From NCBI GenBank assembly GCA_965285935.1, contig OZ260664.1, positions 19,468,001-19,532,000 on the forward strand: DNA of 64,000 bases, in the 5' to 3' direction. The stretch's first letter is position 1. Every line of letters starts with the position of its first letter. Under the pieces are notes generated by a model. That model worked only from the letters and a program-made list of their open reading frames with translations. It did no database searches and was not told the origin of the DNA. Below, one piece after another: positions 29,801 to 39,916 of the stretch. Source of the DNA: Ophelia neglecta. Lineage: Eukaryota. Both the position numbers and the translations under genes were made by a program.

Positions 29801-32800
29801 TCACTTCTTTCTAGTACTAAGCAGTCCACTACCCTCCGACTTCATCACTACCTTCTAGTAATAGCCAGTTCGCAACCCTCCTGCTGCGCAATTGTGGGTA
29901 ATATTAAGTGGAACACTCAATTTGTAAAGTGTACTTCCACACCCTTTTGATTCTGCTAGTCATTGTGTCAGTCTGATTCGGTGTTGTTTCAGAGAAAGGT
30001 TCGGACCTATCTGCGACCTTTCATATTAATGTCAACACAGTGCTCTTGCTGGGAACTACATAATTTTTTTTTATTTCAAGAGCAATTAGAGTGACTTTCG
30101 GAATGTTTTGACATTGTCCAGTGCATAAATGGGTTTAGAAGATCACCTGATTAAGAGTGAACTAAAAGAAACTTTAGTTTACCAAGATCATATTTTTTCT
30201 GTCGTATGGTTTTTCTAAATACAACGTTTTAAAACATTCACGTGCAACCTCGTTTACATTGAATCTGAGCAAATGTCAAGTGATGGGTTAACTTTGCTGT
30301 CGAGAATAAGCCATCTTTCCCGAATCCACAGTGACAAAATATAAGAAGACATTTTCTAGGGGCAATCACAAGCATGTTCGTTATGCCTTTTGTTTTAATC
30401 GTTTAACCTAACAATATTGTAATTATACCCAACCTTATCTAGAGCAAAAACAATGCGGGAGTTGTCCTGGTGACATTTTATTTGCTTTTCACACCCGTGC
30501 ACTTGAAATGATGCAATCATTCGAATTTAAAAGAGTAAAGTCCAATTCAGTGCTCAATTAAATCAAGTGAGACAACTCTAGTCTCGTAAGGGAACGTTGA
30601 TTAAAAACACTTCTGAAAAACATGTTTATTGAAAGCGTCCAAAAAAGTTTCTGTACTGTCAATGTTATGGGGCTGTCCTTACTTCCAAATGATAACCTAA
30701 TATAGCAGCTTGTAAAATAATACATTTCTCAGGCATTAAACTCGAAACCAACACATCGGCTATTAATAATTGGGACCTACTTTGTGGTAAATCAGTGTTG
30801 GCTTTTATCTATTGGGAGCGGTGAAGAGGACATAGAGGGCACGTTCCCTAAACGAGCATGTTTCCGGGGAAAGTAACTCAAACGTTACAGTTTGGGCCTT
30901 TTTCCATGCCACAAACACTGTATCAGTCAATGGCAGCCTGGATTAGGACACAATATAATTTCCAAATGTTCATAAACGTATGTTGGTTACAAACTGACTA
31001 GTAGGTATTTATTTATTCATAATTTCCCCGACCTACGTGTTTTGAGGCTCGCCTCGGTGAGGGCTCTCATTGGTAAAATGCATTGCCGCAGCAAGGAAGC
31101 TATAAACCTTGATGTTATGCTTAAGGGCGGAGTCTTCTTACCCACCCGCCACAGACTATTTTACTCTCCTCATGAACGCGGTATATCACATGTTTGAACG
31201 TTTATTGACCTCACAGGCACAGCATAATATAAAACTTTCGCAGCAAGAAATTTACGCCGACTGGCCGACATTTCCATTTCGCGACATATGGTTTTGTCGT
31301 TTATTGAATGACGCCATTACATTGATAATTGTGCATACACTCTTTTCCTCCCACTCCATGGTTTGCGATTCCTAGTCACCGCGAAACAAATATTTCCAGA
31401 TAAATTAACAAGTACCTCAGTAGATGCAATTGTTTCAATGTGCTGATGGCGGGTAGCAAAGGAACAAACGGAGTATGTATGTGGCTGGCAATTCGTCCCC
31501 AGGAAATAAAATATTCCCTAGTATTTACTCCGCCCGGGCGTCTTATCCAAAGGCTACGTGTTATAGATATGCATTTTGTTATAAATCAGCGGGAACTAGA
31601 TAAGTTTACGAGTATTACTGATATCAGAGGAACTTTTACGTTTTCCCACCTTAGGAGCTTAGGGTAATTATTCATTGAAGAACCTTGCGGACTTTATTCA
31701 AAGGCGTAATATGTGACGGCAGCAGCTTTGTTTGTTCCCAACATCTTCTTCTGTGCAAAGTTTACATAGACTAATGTGTACTTTGAAAAGGGAGGCGTTG
31801 TGTGTAATCATCGATCAAGTATGGTATCGGCTGGGTGTTTGTTCTTGTGTGCTTTCAGACGTTGACACGACGCATCAGATCACTAAGGCACAATTCATTT
31901 CCTTCCAGTGTTTTCGCTGATTGGGGAAAGAAGTTCGCAAAAAAAGGCAAAAGTTAATTACATAGATGAATATGTTGCACCACATTGACAATTATTCAGA
32001 CGTGGTCAGTTGCATGAGTAGAAGTGTGTGTGGCATTATAAGCCTGGGCTGAGCAATTTATGCATATTGTCAATCAGTGCAAAGCCGGCATGGCGTGTGA
32101 CTTTTGGCAAGCGGAGATTTGTACAGTTGAGTAACGAGTTGAAATAGGCGGTTAAGAATAATTGAAAGTTTTCACTGAACTACTATGTGATCATGAGGAG
32201 GGGGATGCCCGGCTGTGGGCAGGGAAACATTGGTGGTGGTGGTGGTGGTGGTGGGGGGGTCTTTTGAATATGTTTGCTAGCTTTGCGTGCACTCGAATTA
32301 GCGTATAGGCAAAGGTAAGAACATCACGAATTTTGTCAATTGAAGTAAAACTCTATTAATTTAAAACTTAACAATTGATATTGAGTTATGTTGACTGATT
32401 GCACGTATTACCATTCATATTATATCATGTATAGTATGACATTTAAACATGCATATGTGTGCTGTTTAAATGCTATATCACAGTTTCGGCTATAATATAC
32501 ACATGTACGTATTTCATACATTTTATTTGTATGAAGTAGGGGTAAATTATTATAATTTCACTGATCCGAGTGTGTGATGTGTGTTCGAAACGGGATGGGG
32601 GGCGGGAGGGGCTGATGGGCGAGGGGAGGGGGAGGAGGAAGGGAGAAGGGGAGGCAGGGGTCTGATAGGTCGTTCTGTAAATGTGCCCTAAACAGGGAGT
32701 GGAGAGTTACTGGGTGGGAGTGTCTAAATATTAGCGGAATATACATACACTGTACGTGTAATTCACTATAGTATAGTCACTATATATTTGTCATCTCACT

Positions 32801-35800
32801 CACCGTATGTCTCCCCCACTTACCAAACCCCCACCCTGTCACCAGAATTATCCTCCGGACTCGTATGCTTCAATAAACCCCCTATAGCAGACCTTGTGTC
32901 TCAGGACATATTATATTATGGGGATTGATTATTTTCTAAAGAAAAGGATTAAGTGGAAATGAATCGTGTGTACAGTTGACTACGTTCATCATGTATATGT
33001 TAATAAAACAGAAACGTATACATCGAGAACAGTCAAGTAAATTGGTCCAAGGCTCCAAAACCCATCATCCTCAGGCCTCTGCAAACCACAGTTCCACGAT
33101 TTTACGTTAATATATCAGGGCATTGCTGTTCAGTTTGGTCCGTGGATTTTGATTAATTCGAACGAGTGCAGATCGTCTAGTTCGGATTCCGGGTGCTTAG
33201 CTACGCCACTATGCAGGGATACCTCGAGTTTTATTATTTGGAATATTTTTAGCATAAAATAATAAATACACGTGTTATGCCTGATGGAGAAAAATCGTCG
33301 TCGTCTCGAGGAAGCTTTGAAAAAAATGCATTAAACACAACTTGTAACCATTCAGATGGTTACGAAGTAGGCATAGACAAAATAATCCCAAGTGACGTCT
33401 CAGACATTACCCTTTTACTTAACGAATCCAATTACTGTGTCCTCAGAAGCAACATCAATGACAGCTGGTATAAATGACATACTAGGGGAGCTTAAGGCAT
33501 TGGGAGGTTATTTTCCACAGCTAAAAATATGGTATGTGGCATCTAGTCAATATTAATAAAAACGAAAGTATAACTACACAGTAACGTTACTCTGACCGAG
33601 TAATTACATTGTTCCTTTTCAAATACGTTTTCATCCAAATAAGCAATACAAATGTAACGGTAGCCCATAAGTGTGTCCTCGCCTTTTGAGCGTAAGACTG
33701 TTTATTCATTGAGGAAATCGCATTTCTTGTACACAGGTGAAATGTATTACGGATTCTGGGTTGTTTGTTTCCAACATTTTGTTTCCTTGCACTTTTTTCA
33801 ATATAACAACGTTTACATAGGACAAGGTATGCTGTGTACGTAATCATTGATCTAATATGGTATTGTTGGGTGTGTGTTCCAGAGTGTTTTCTGACGTTGA
33901 CACAAAGTATCATAGCACGAGGTTGAATTGATCTCTTGGTCTTAATCAGGATAGTGTCAATTTTCTGGGTATATGCACCAGACCGATGTGTTTTTATTTT
34001 GCATCCAGTAATGATTGAATGCGGAAATCATGCAAATGTAAGCTACCTAAACATACTTCAATTGTTATTGGATCATGATAAGACTGGCCTGAACGATGAT
34101 AATATGTGATGCATGTATGACCCGCAACATTTAGCAGCCAAAAAGACGTGGCGCCTTGTAATCCATGGCCAAACGTGGGTACGCTCGGTATGACCCTCGA
34201 ATGTATGATAGCTATTTGTCTGTTACATAAGGGGCGTGGATACCCGGCAGGAGTCGGAGGGCGATCCAGTATCCATGAATTCTATTATTAACCATATTTC
34301 TTTACATTACTTCCCAATGTATGGTCTCATCTGTTATATTGGGTTTATGAATACGCCCAACCATTTTCCTCTTTGGTCGATTGGCTCATGGAAACTTATA
34401 TCCCACTTCCTATTAGCAAACATGGCGCCCAACCGTCATGTTAAGCTTCGTAGGTGATAAATATATTTCCAATATGGGCCATTTCTGGCATATAACAATA
34501 GTTTGATGTTGCTACACGTGTATGAGGCGTGCTCGATCTTCACCCGAACTACTCTTTGAAATATGATAAACCTATGGGCAATAAAAATCGGCTTTGTATA
34601 TACTAGATAAGTGTAATAGAAGTACATTACGTTAAGCATTGTTTACAGATATATGATATTATGTATAAAAGAAAAAATAAAATAAAATAAGGTTCCACAC
34701 CACAAAATGAAGGAGGCAGTGGATAACGCATAATGAAGTTGTAATATGCCTTAGGACAATCTACGACGGACTTTCCACCCTTATAGATATGAGATTCCAG
34801 GTAAGGTATTTCCATTACACGTTGCCAATGAAGACTGTGATCGGGTTTTGCAATCTAAGGCTATGATAGGGCTTTATATCTACTTTGCAGTGCGATATGA
34901 ATTATAGTTATTTTGTAAAGTGAACAAATTAAGCTTTTAGATGACTTTATTTGTACAACAACTACATACGATGATTGATCTATATGAAAAACGGCAATGA
35001 ATACTCGGCAGACACAGCCAAACCATTGATTAAGAACATTTCTTCAATCGGTCAGAAATCATCAGGGACCAGCAGCATAAGGCCCACACACACAACAATA
35101 CGTTTATCCCTAGCTCCCAACTAGTTAGTTAACATGTAATGCAAAGAATAAAGAATCACATTAACTTGATATCACTTGCAATGAGAAGTGGTCACCTGCA
35201 GTTTTCCATGATGCAGATTAGAAGACAACACACCAGTGGTCCACGGAGGACAGAGATGAATTATGTCTTAGAAAAGTTCTCTCAAAATCTACAGACCAGG
35301 GATGATACTGTTTTAATAAACGGATCCTTGCACCCAGCGCTACCTGAGCTGCTCGCTTGGCCCTGCCGTTAACTGAGAGCAGCTTGCGACCGTGGCCAGT
35401 GCAGGGGTATTCTATTGTTCTCCCACAGGGACTCCAGTAACAGAAGAAAAGAGAAGGATGAAAGAGGTATTTGCACATCAAAGAGAGAATGGGTACTAAA
35501 TCTCCTCGAGGATGCAGATGTTAACTATTAAAGGTGGACAAGGGAAGCATACGTACATGAGCTCTTGCCATATTCGGAAAAGCGGACTTGATCATCTTAA
35601 GCCATTGCAATAGTTCACTGCGACTGTCTAAAACAATGAGAGTTTGAACTTAATCATGGACAAACTCAAAATTTTCATCAATTTTGAATTGACCTAATTG
35701 ACTCTCCTTCTTCATGCTGATTTATTTATCGGTTCAAACATGATCTTAATGCGTGTCTTATTTTTAATAATAAGAGAAACTGTTTAGGTAGTTATTTGTG

Positions 35801-38800
35801 TAGTTGTACGGATAGAGCTCACAATACAAGTTGACTTTTTGGGCACCAAGGTTTTTTGTCCCAGATTAAATCTGACTTTAAGCGCATATCCTTGCTAAAT
35901 CCACCTCCTAGCCAAATCTATCCCAGCGTTGCTTACTGGTTTTTCTGTTCTTTTGATTTATGAAAGTTCACTTTGATATGTGAGCAGGAAATATTTCAGC
36001 TCAATAAATCTGACAAGTTATGAAAATGTTTAGGGGAAGAAATCAAATGGCACATAAATGTCAGAAACACGTTGCTACCAAACAATTAAATGTCAATTTC
36101 CCCCCAAATGACTACACTTACAGTGCGTAGGATATGCTTGCTTGCAGGGTAATGTCCTGGTTGAATTCAGCTCAAGATCGTATCTAAATGCTGCAATGGC
36201 CACAAGTGTCATTATATTTTGGTTTGTACATTTGGTTTGCGATGGAGCATCCGGCATAGTTATTCGATATTGTTGTATTAGTCAAGACATAGTTAAAGAA
36301 CTGAAGTGGATACCCCGCAGACAAAGCAAAATCATTATTCAAGAATAGTTCATTAAACCAGACCCAAATCATCAGGAACCACCAGACACAGGTCCAAATG
36401 CAAAAAGAAAATGAACTTGTAATGCAAATAATAAACATTTAACAATCATTGATATTCCTTGCAATGGGAAGTAGCCACCAGTTTTTCGGGAAGTAAGTTA
36501 TAACAAAAAAACGAGCTGTGATCAAGGTATGTAAACAATAAGCTCTTTAATATGCTTGAAACTAAGGATGAAATTGTCTCAATACTTTCTTAGAGGGGTG
36601 TTAAGTAGACAAGCAATTTACCTTCTATTGCTTCTCCTATAGAGGCAAGATATCTAGCTCTACACGATGCTTGAAGACGCAATATAAAAACAACCAAATA
36701 ATCGACTATATGGCTAACTTGTGTCTAACAAATACCTGAATACAGTGTTAAATTATCGTATTAATCCGAGTTAAAAAAAAAAAAAATTATTCGAAAATTT
36801 GGACATCCGCCCCACTTTCAGGGCGGAAGGGATGTCGCCACTGCGCAGGTGCAACAGATTTTATTGGTGACTGAATCTATGGGAGCAGAGCAGACAATAG
36901 AGGCACAGAACTGGGTCCGGCGTTAAAGGCCCTGCTTTACAAAGAAGAAAACGGTGTTGAACTCCTCAATGGTGTAATACAGTGTGACCATGTAAAGGGA
37001 ACAAGATTGGATTTTTTGTGATTGAATACGATTCATCAGAAACCGTGGTCATCAATCTGTTGCATAATGTTTATAATGTCTCAGATTGATATCATAGTCC
37101 TCTGTGAATCACATGTTGGATGAAAATTTGAAAGAGTGTCATATGTTATAAGTTATAAATAGATATACTGGAATGATGTTAGGAGTGCAAGCCTTAAAAA
37201 TACATCACAGGGCATTCATTAGATGGCGTCTGGCAACAAACTGTAAGGTTCTTCATATGTCTGTCGTTATGAACGCTCGCCTCTGTATTTATAGTGCAAG
37301 GTCACTTCCAAAAATACCCAAGACATACATACTTGTAAAATCACAATTGAGTTGGTATTAACTCTACATCATATATTATTGAAGTTTGGAATCTATAGTA
37401 TATTTTTGGCCCAAAACATGTCCATACTGTCAGCTCTATACCTCAGAAAATCTGGAGAGATGATACTGTTTATTATCTTCAGCTCCTTTTTTGTTGCTGT
37501 ATTGTTCAAGCTGACTAAGGCTTAGACAGTTCTCTGAAGCTTAAGGCGGGGGCTAAATGACAGATATGTCAGTTTTGAAAAGTTAACTAGCTAAGCCTAA
37601 AGTTCAATACGACTCGTACCAATTTAATAGTTAATTCCGATTATACTGGACTTACAAGAACTTGTTATGCAGTGACAATCAGTAACATAATTGGGCGAAC
37701 ACGAGCGGCATGGAAATTACTTTGCTATCAAAAATCCTGTGCAATAAACGACACCATGTGTTAACCTATGGACACGATATTGTAAGTTTCATATAGTCGA
37801 CCTACTTTCATGGCAATTCCCTTTGGTTAATTTTAGAGCACCGAATGCGGGGTAAATGACATATGTAATACGCGTTAGGCGGGTACGGATGTATGGTCGT
37901 TTGTGCGCAAAACCGGACCTAGACACCGCATAATAATAAAACAGGATAGCACTATACATGTAGGTTTATTCAGCGTACTATCAAAGCTTTTTTTACATGT
38001 ACAGAATGATAAATAAACTTTGAGTGTTAAAACAAATGTAAGATGTCGTTCCGGAAGAAACTTTTTCTAAAACGCCAAGTACATCCTGATGACTTTTTAG
38101 GTTAGAAAAGCAAATCCGCCGCTTTATTATTACACTTGAGTTTAAGTATGATCATAAGGCTAGTCAACAGTGCACATGCTTCAAGGATGGCAAAAGAACC
38201 TACCTTGGTGTCGTTATGAAGCAGGACCAGCTGGTATCCTGGAACGAAGCGCTGCTGGTTCACGTGCCTAATGGCAAGTTTGGCAGCCTCAAGCTCTGAT
38301 ATTCCGCGGGGATTGGGCTTACCCGTGAGGGTGGTGAGCTCAAACAGCCCGCCAATATGGAGAAGGGGAAGAGAGGCGTTCTGCTCCGCCTCGGGGTTAG
38401 TAGCCTCCCTCTGCAGAGCTGCTACTCTCATCTGATGGCTAAGTTTGAACCATTTTGAATCGCCAAGGTAATCGGTATCCGAGTTGTGCCCGGCGGACTG
38501 AACATCTCGCCGAGTATGTTTCCTAAAGAAGTGGCGAGGAATCCTGCCATTGAAGCTTAGATTGGAGTGGACGACATTTAAACTGCTGTCAGAATCATTG
38601 AAATAATCAGTGTATATCACTGACTGATTCTGTAATTCTAAATAATTATTTTCAACAAATGTCTCATTACTGCCAGGTGTCATAACAGGTCCACTCCAAG
38701 TTTTGAGCGAAATTCCGATGGATGACACTCCGCCTATGCCTAGAACATGTGAACTTATCCGTAGTGTTAAGCACAGAGAGGCTGTCCAATACGCAACTAG

Positions 38801-38806
38801 GCCCAT
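2231..38806 (-). CDS. GABA-B-R3: GABA-B receptor subunit (class C GPCR), GABA-B-R3-like; 17 coding exons, 1146 aa: join(38204-38806,13388-13525,10010-10180,9465-9575,9293-9358,9000-9185,8046-8285,7658-7718,6812-6901,6188-6338,5254-5383,4868-4984,4326-4448,3782-4117,3474-3629,3008-3159,2231-2840)
   Basis: Exons join in frame at GT-AG sites, total 3441 nt including TAA. Signal peptide, Venus flytrap domain ([50 protein letters not shown]), 7TM ([34 protein letters not shown], LFLPK) and C-terminal coiled coil. No cysteine-rich domain between flytrap and TM1, as in GABA-B receptors and unlike mGluR. Subtype call rests on recalled Drosophila R3 motifs. Confidence 0.9.
3008..3159 (-). CDS. GABA-B-R3: GABA-B-R3-like exon 16 (end of coiled coil)
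   Basis: ttcag|LEQQIIRLERLLE...AEME-K|gtaagg; 152 nt, ends phase 2. Confidence 0.88.
3474..3629 (-). CDS. GABA-B-R3: GABA-B-R3-like exon 15 (not in ORF track)
   Basis: catag|IYAIVRHDGNPVITSSGLHMEANTRRFVLDEKRELHYRAEVQNRVYKREHLL|gtaagg; 156 nt. Confidence 0.92.
3782..4117 (-). CDS. GABA-B-R3: GABA-B-R3-like exon 14 (TM5-TM7)
   Basis: tacag|VSTKN...[29 protein letters not shown]...LFLPK|gtaggt; 336 nt. Confidence 0.95.
4326..4448 (-). CDS. GABA-B-R3: GABA-B-R3-like exon 13 (TM4)
   Basis: ttcag|LLRDKQLL...WVFIDPM...TEE|gtaagt; 123 nt. Confidence 0.93.
4529..4680. mobile_element. MITE (Tc1/mariner-pogo type), copy 1, in intron 12
   Basis: TA|CAGTGAAACCTG...CAGGTTTCATTG|TA terminal inverted repeats with TA duplication; second copy at 39917-40094. 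Confidence 0.8.
4868..4984 (-). CDS. GABA-B-R3: GABA-B-R3-like exon 12 (TM3)
   Basis: gccag|[28 protein letters not shown]...KSK|gtactt; 117 nt. Confidence 0.92.
5254..5383 (-). CDS. GABA-B-R3: GABA-B-R3-like exon 11 (TM2)
   Basis: ttcag|[21 protein letters not shown]...IVCS|gtaagt; 130 nt. Confidence 0.93.
6188..6338 (-). CDS. GABA-B-R3: GABA-B-R3-like exon 10 (linker and TM1)
   Basis: cacag|GGRIPAD...AFYIVCAISAVGIALAIFFLAFNLWHWRL-K|gtatgt; 151 nt. Confidence 0.92.
6812..6901 (-). CDS. GABA-B-R3: GABA-B-R3-like exon 9 (not in ORF track)
   Basis: tgcag|GGEQVRIGLYYPD...CPGCKTITWK-G|gtaatg; 90 nt. Confidence 0.9.
7658..7718 (-). CDS. GABA-B-R3: GABA-B-R3-like exon 8 (not in ORF track)
   Basis: ttaag|GPVSFDGPDRRGVTMLQQNQ-G|gtaagc; 61 nt, ends phase 1. 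Confidence 0.9.
8046..8285 (-). CDS. GABA-B-R3: GABA-B-R3-like exon 7
   Basis: ctcag|TTEEFL...TYDSVWTVA...EFMGVS|gtaaat; 240 nt. Confidence 0.92.
9000..9185 (-). CDS. GABA-B-R3: GABA-B-R3-like exon 6
   Basis: aatag|AYHLGMYGPRYVWMLLGWY...SIAGL|gtaagt; 186 nt. Confidence 0.93.
9293..9358 (-). CDS. GABA-B-R3: GABA-B-R3-like exon 5 (not in ORF track)
   Basis: ctcag|[22 protein letters not shown]|gtagga; 66 nt. Confidence 0.92.
9465..9575 (-). CDS. GABA-B-R3: GABA-B-R3-like exon 4
   Basis: ccaag|AMNEMNKDF...MELLK|gtaaac; 111 nt; weak AAG acceptor. Confidence 0.8.
10010..10180 (-). CDS. GABA-B-R3: GABA-B-R3-like exon 3
   Basis: cgcag|[21 protein letters not shown]...DETFSL|gtaaga; 171 nt. Confidence 0.93.
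12503..12694 (+). repeat. Minisatellite, 44-bp unit, about 4.3 copies
   Basis: Units start at 12503, 12547, 12591, 12635, 12678; consensus about AACATACTGCCTTCGGGACGGCAATAGCGTTAGTAAACTAGTGA. Confidence 0.85.
13388..13525 (-). CDS. GABA-B-R3: GABA-B-R3-like exon 2
   Basis: tgcag|CDPGYG...GTSCSEVT...YWNLLM|gtgagt; 138 nt. Confidence 0.93.
16472..16494 (+). repeat. Poly-A tract
   Basis: 23 consecutive A. Confidence 0.9.
20779..21104 (-). mobile_element. tRNA-derived SINE (Meta-SINE-like) with 16-bp target-site duplication
   Basis: Minus-strand head with box A TGGCCGAGTGG and box B GGTTCGAACC; body GGTACTGATAGCTTCCCTGCCAGGCGCCCGG resembling the Meta domain; (CAA)n tail; ATAATAAGCGTGTTAG at 20763-20778 and 21115-21130. 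Confidence 0.88.
21352..21505 (+). repeat. Dispersed repeat family C, copy 1
   Basis: ATTAAAGTGCTTAATCGGT...TAAACTTA...CAGCTA...AATAGG...ATCCCTA shared with 57869-58030. Confidence 0.7.
25060..25510 (+). repeat. Dispersed repeat family A copy
   Basis: GAAATCATCAGG, CAGTTTTCCATGATGC, GTGGTCAACG, TGGCCCTG, TCTCCCACAG blocks collinear with 34990-35475. Confidence 0.65.
26028..26260 (+). repeat. Dispersed repeat family B, copy 2
   Basis: Diverged match to 1386-1635. Confidence 0.7.
29755..29885 (+). repeat. Minisatellite, 44-bp unit, about 3 copies
   Basis: TTCTAGTA anchors at 29765, 29809, 29853. Confidence 0.8.
32232..32259 (+). repeat. (GGT)n microsatellite ending in a G run
   Basis: About 7 GGT units then G7. 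Confidence 0.85.
34990..35475 (+). repeat. Dispersed repeat family A copy
   Basis: Shares blocks with 25060-25510 and TTGATATCACTTGCAAT, AAGAGAAGGATG with 56265-56555. Confidence 0.65.
38204..38806 (-). CDS. GABA-B-R3: GABA-B-R3-like coding exon 1 (signal peptide, N-terminal extension, start of Venus flytrap)
   Basis: ATG in CCACCATGG Kozak context; LHIGGLFEL...ELEAAKLAIRHVN...PGYQLVLLHNDTK; donor AAG|gtaggt, phase 0. Confidence 0.88.
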
Positions 38807-38888
38807 GGTGGGTGGACATTCCTGTATTTCTAATGGTTGTCACGTGGGGTTTTTATGCCGGGCCGAACTTTCTTCTATCAAGTAGACG

Positions 38889-38921
38889 CACTGAACCATC
38901 CCTGAAGGTAAAGCTTATATA
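38889..38921 (-). promoter_or_regulatory. Candidate TATA box plus initiator core promoter
   Basis: TATATAAG at 38921-38914 and TCAGT with its A at 38892 (29 nt spacing), 86 nt upstream of the ATG; the same stretch also reads as a splice acceptor. Confidence 0.4.
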
Positions 38922-39350
38922 AAGCTCGAGTGTTAGTACGGTGGTTTTCCTGCGGTTCGACCGCCGAGTGCGGATTCCCTACGCCCTTCAACGGACCACA
39001 AGCCGAGCGCCGGATCGATTTTACCGCCGCGCCAAGCACAACGCTCTACTTGCTTAGACCGACAACTCTGTTGACTAGCTACAAACCGCTCATTTGATTT
39101 TCTCCGATCACAAGAGGCTTAAGATTCTACTTGATGTGATTTATAACACAATAGACAGCGGAAGAAAGAGGTGGAGAATAGCACTGGACACCCTGTTCAC
39201 CTCATATCGAGGACATCCCGTCTCGCCGAAAGCCGTCTGCTTACCAAATCGATAGCAACAACGGGACGTGGAGTTCCATTCAAAATACAATTTTCCGGAG
39301 CGGCTAAATAAAACGCTTTAAAGCTCTTTAAATCACTCTTCACCTTTCTT

Positions 39351-39353
<3 letters not shown>

Positions 39354-39391
<38 letters not shown>
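39354..39391 (+). repeat. (CT)n microsatellite about 550 bp upstream of the start codon
   Basis: About 19 uninterrupted TC units. Confidence 0.95.
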
Positions 39392-39394
<3 letters not shown>

Positions 39395-39916
39395 ATGTAT
39401 GAAAAGTTCACTTCCTTCACTTCCGAGACCAAGTTCCTTTCCTATTCTTAAAATCTTGGACTGTGTAATGAACCATCCTTATTAAGCAAACAACGCCAAT
39501 TGTCCACATACAAAATGTATATCACCGTGTCGGCTGATTATCCTCAAAATGTGCTGCGTTTTAACCAAGTTGGTTGCCTTGGCACATCCTTGTCCACAAA
39601 GAGGTTTATTATGTAGGATGCATCATCGAGTCACATGTCAATTAGTTAGACGGACGGAAATGAGTGCTTGTCATAAACAGGACGGTAACGACGCTTGTGG
39701 ACGGTGTATGACACCCAGAGTAATAGGCAGCGTCCTTGCTGCCCATCAAATTGGAATCAACCACTGCTGTTAAACAACTTAGACCTTCAGCAAACGTCTT
39801 CAATTCGCCGAAGTACTTACGAGGAAACACGGGCGACCAGCGTTCTTGGATGCTTAAAGCAGTCAGGGCCGTGTATGCATAGCATATCAACCTTCCATTA
39901 AGTCAGGGCAAACGAA

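Noticed and set aside
38102-38203. Exon 1 frame continues 33 codons into intron 1 with a hydrophobic stretch, and an AATAAA lies at 37965-37970, suggesting a truncated anchored isoform
   Set aside because: A good donor (AAG|gtaggt) joins NDTK to CDPG exactly as the family requires; T-rich intron sequence commonly gives hydrophobic read-through; no transcript evidence.
13526-38203. Nested gene within the 24.7-kb first intron
   Set aside because: Short ORFs there show no protein-like motifs and no chain of phase-compatible exons that I could assemble.
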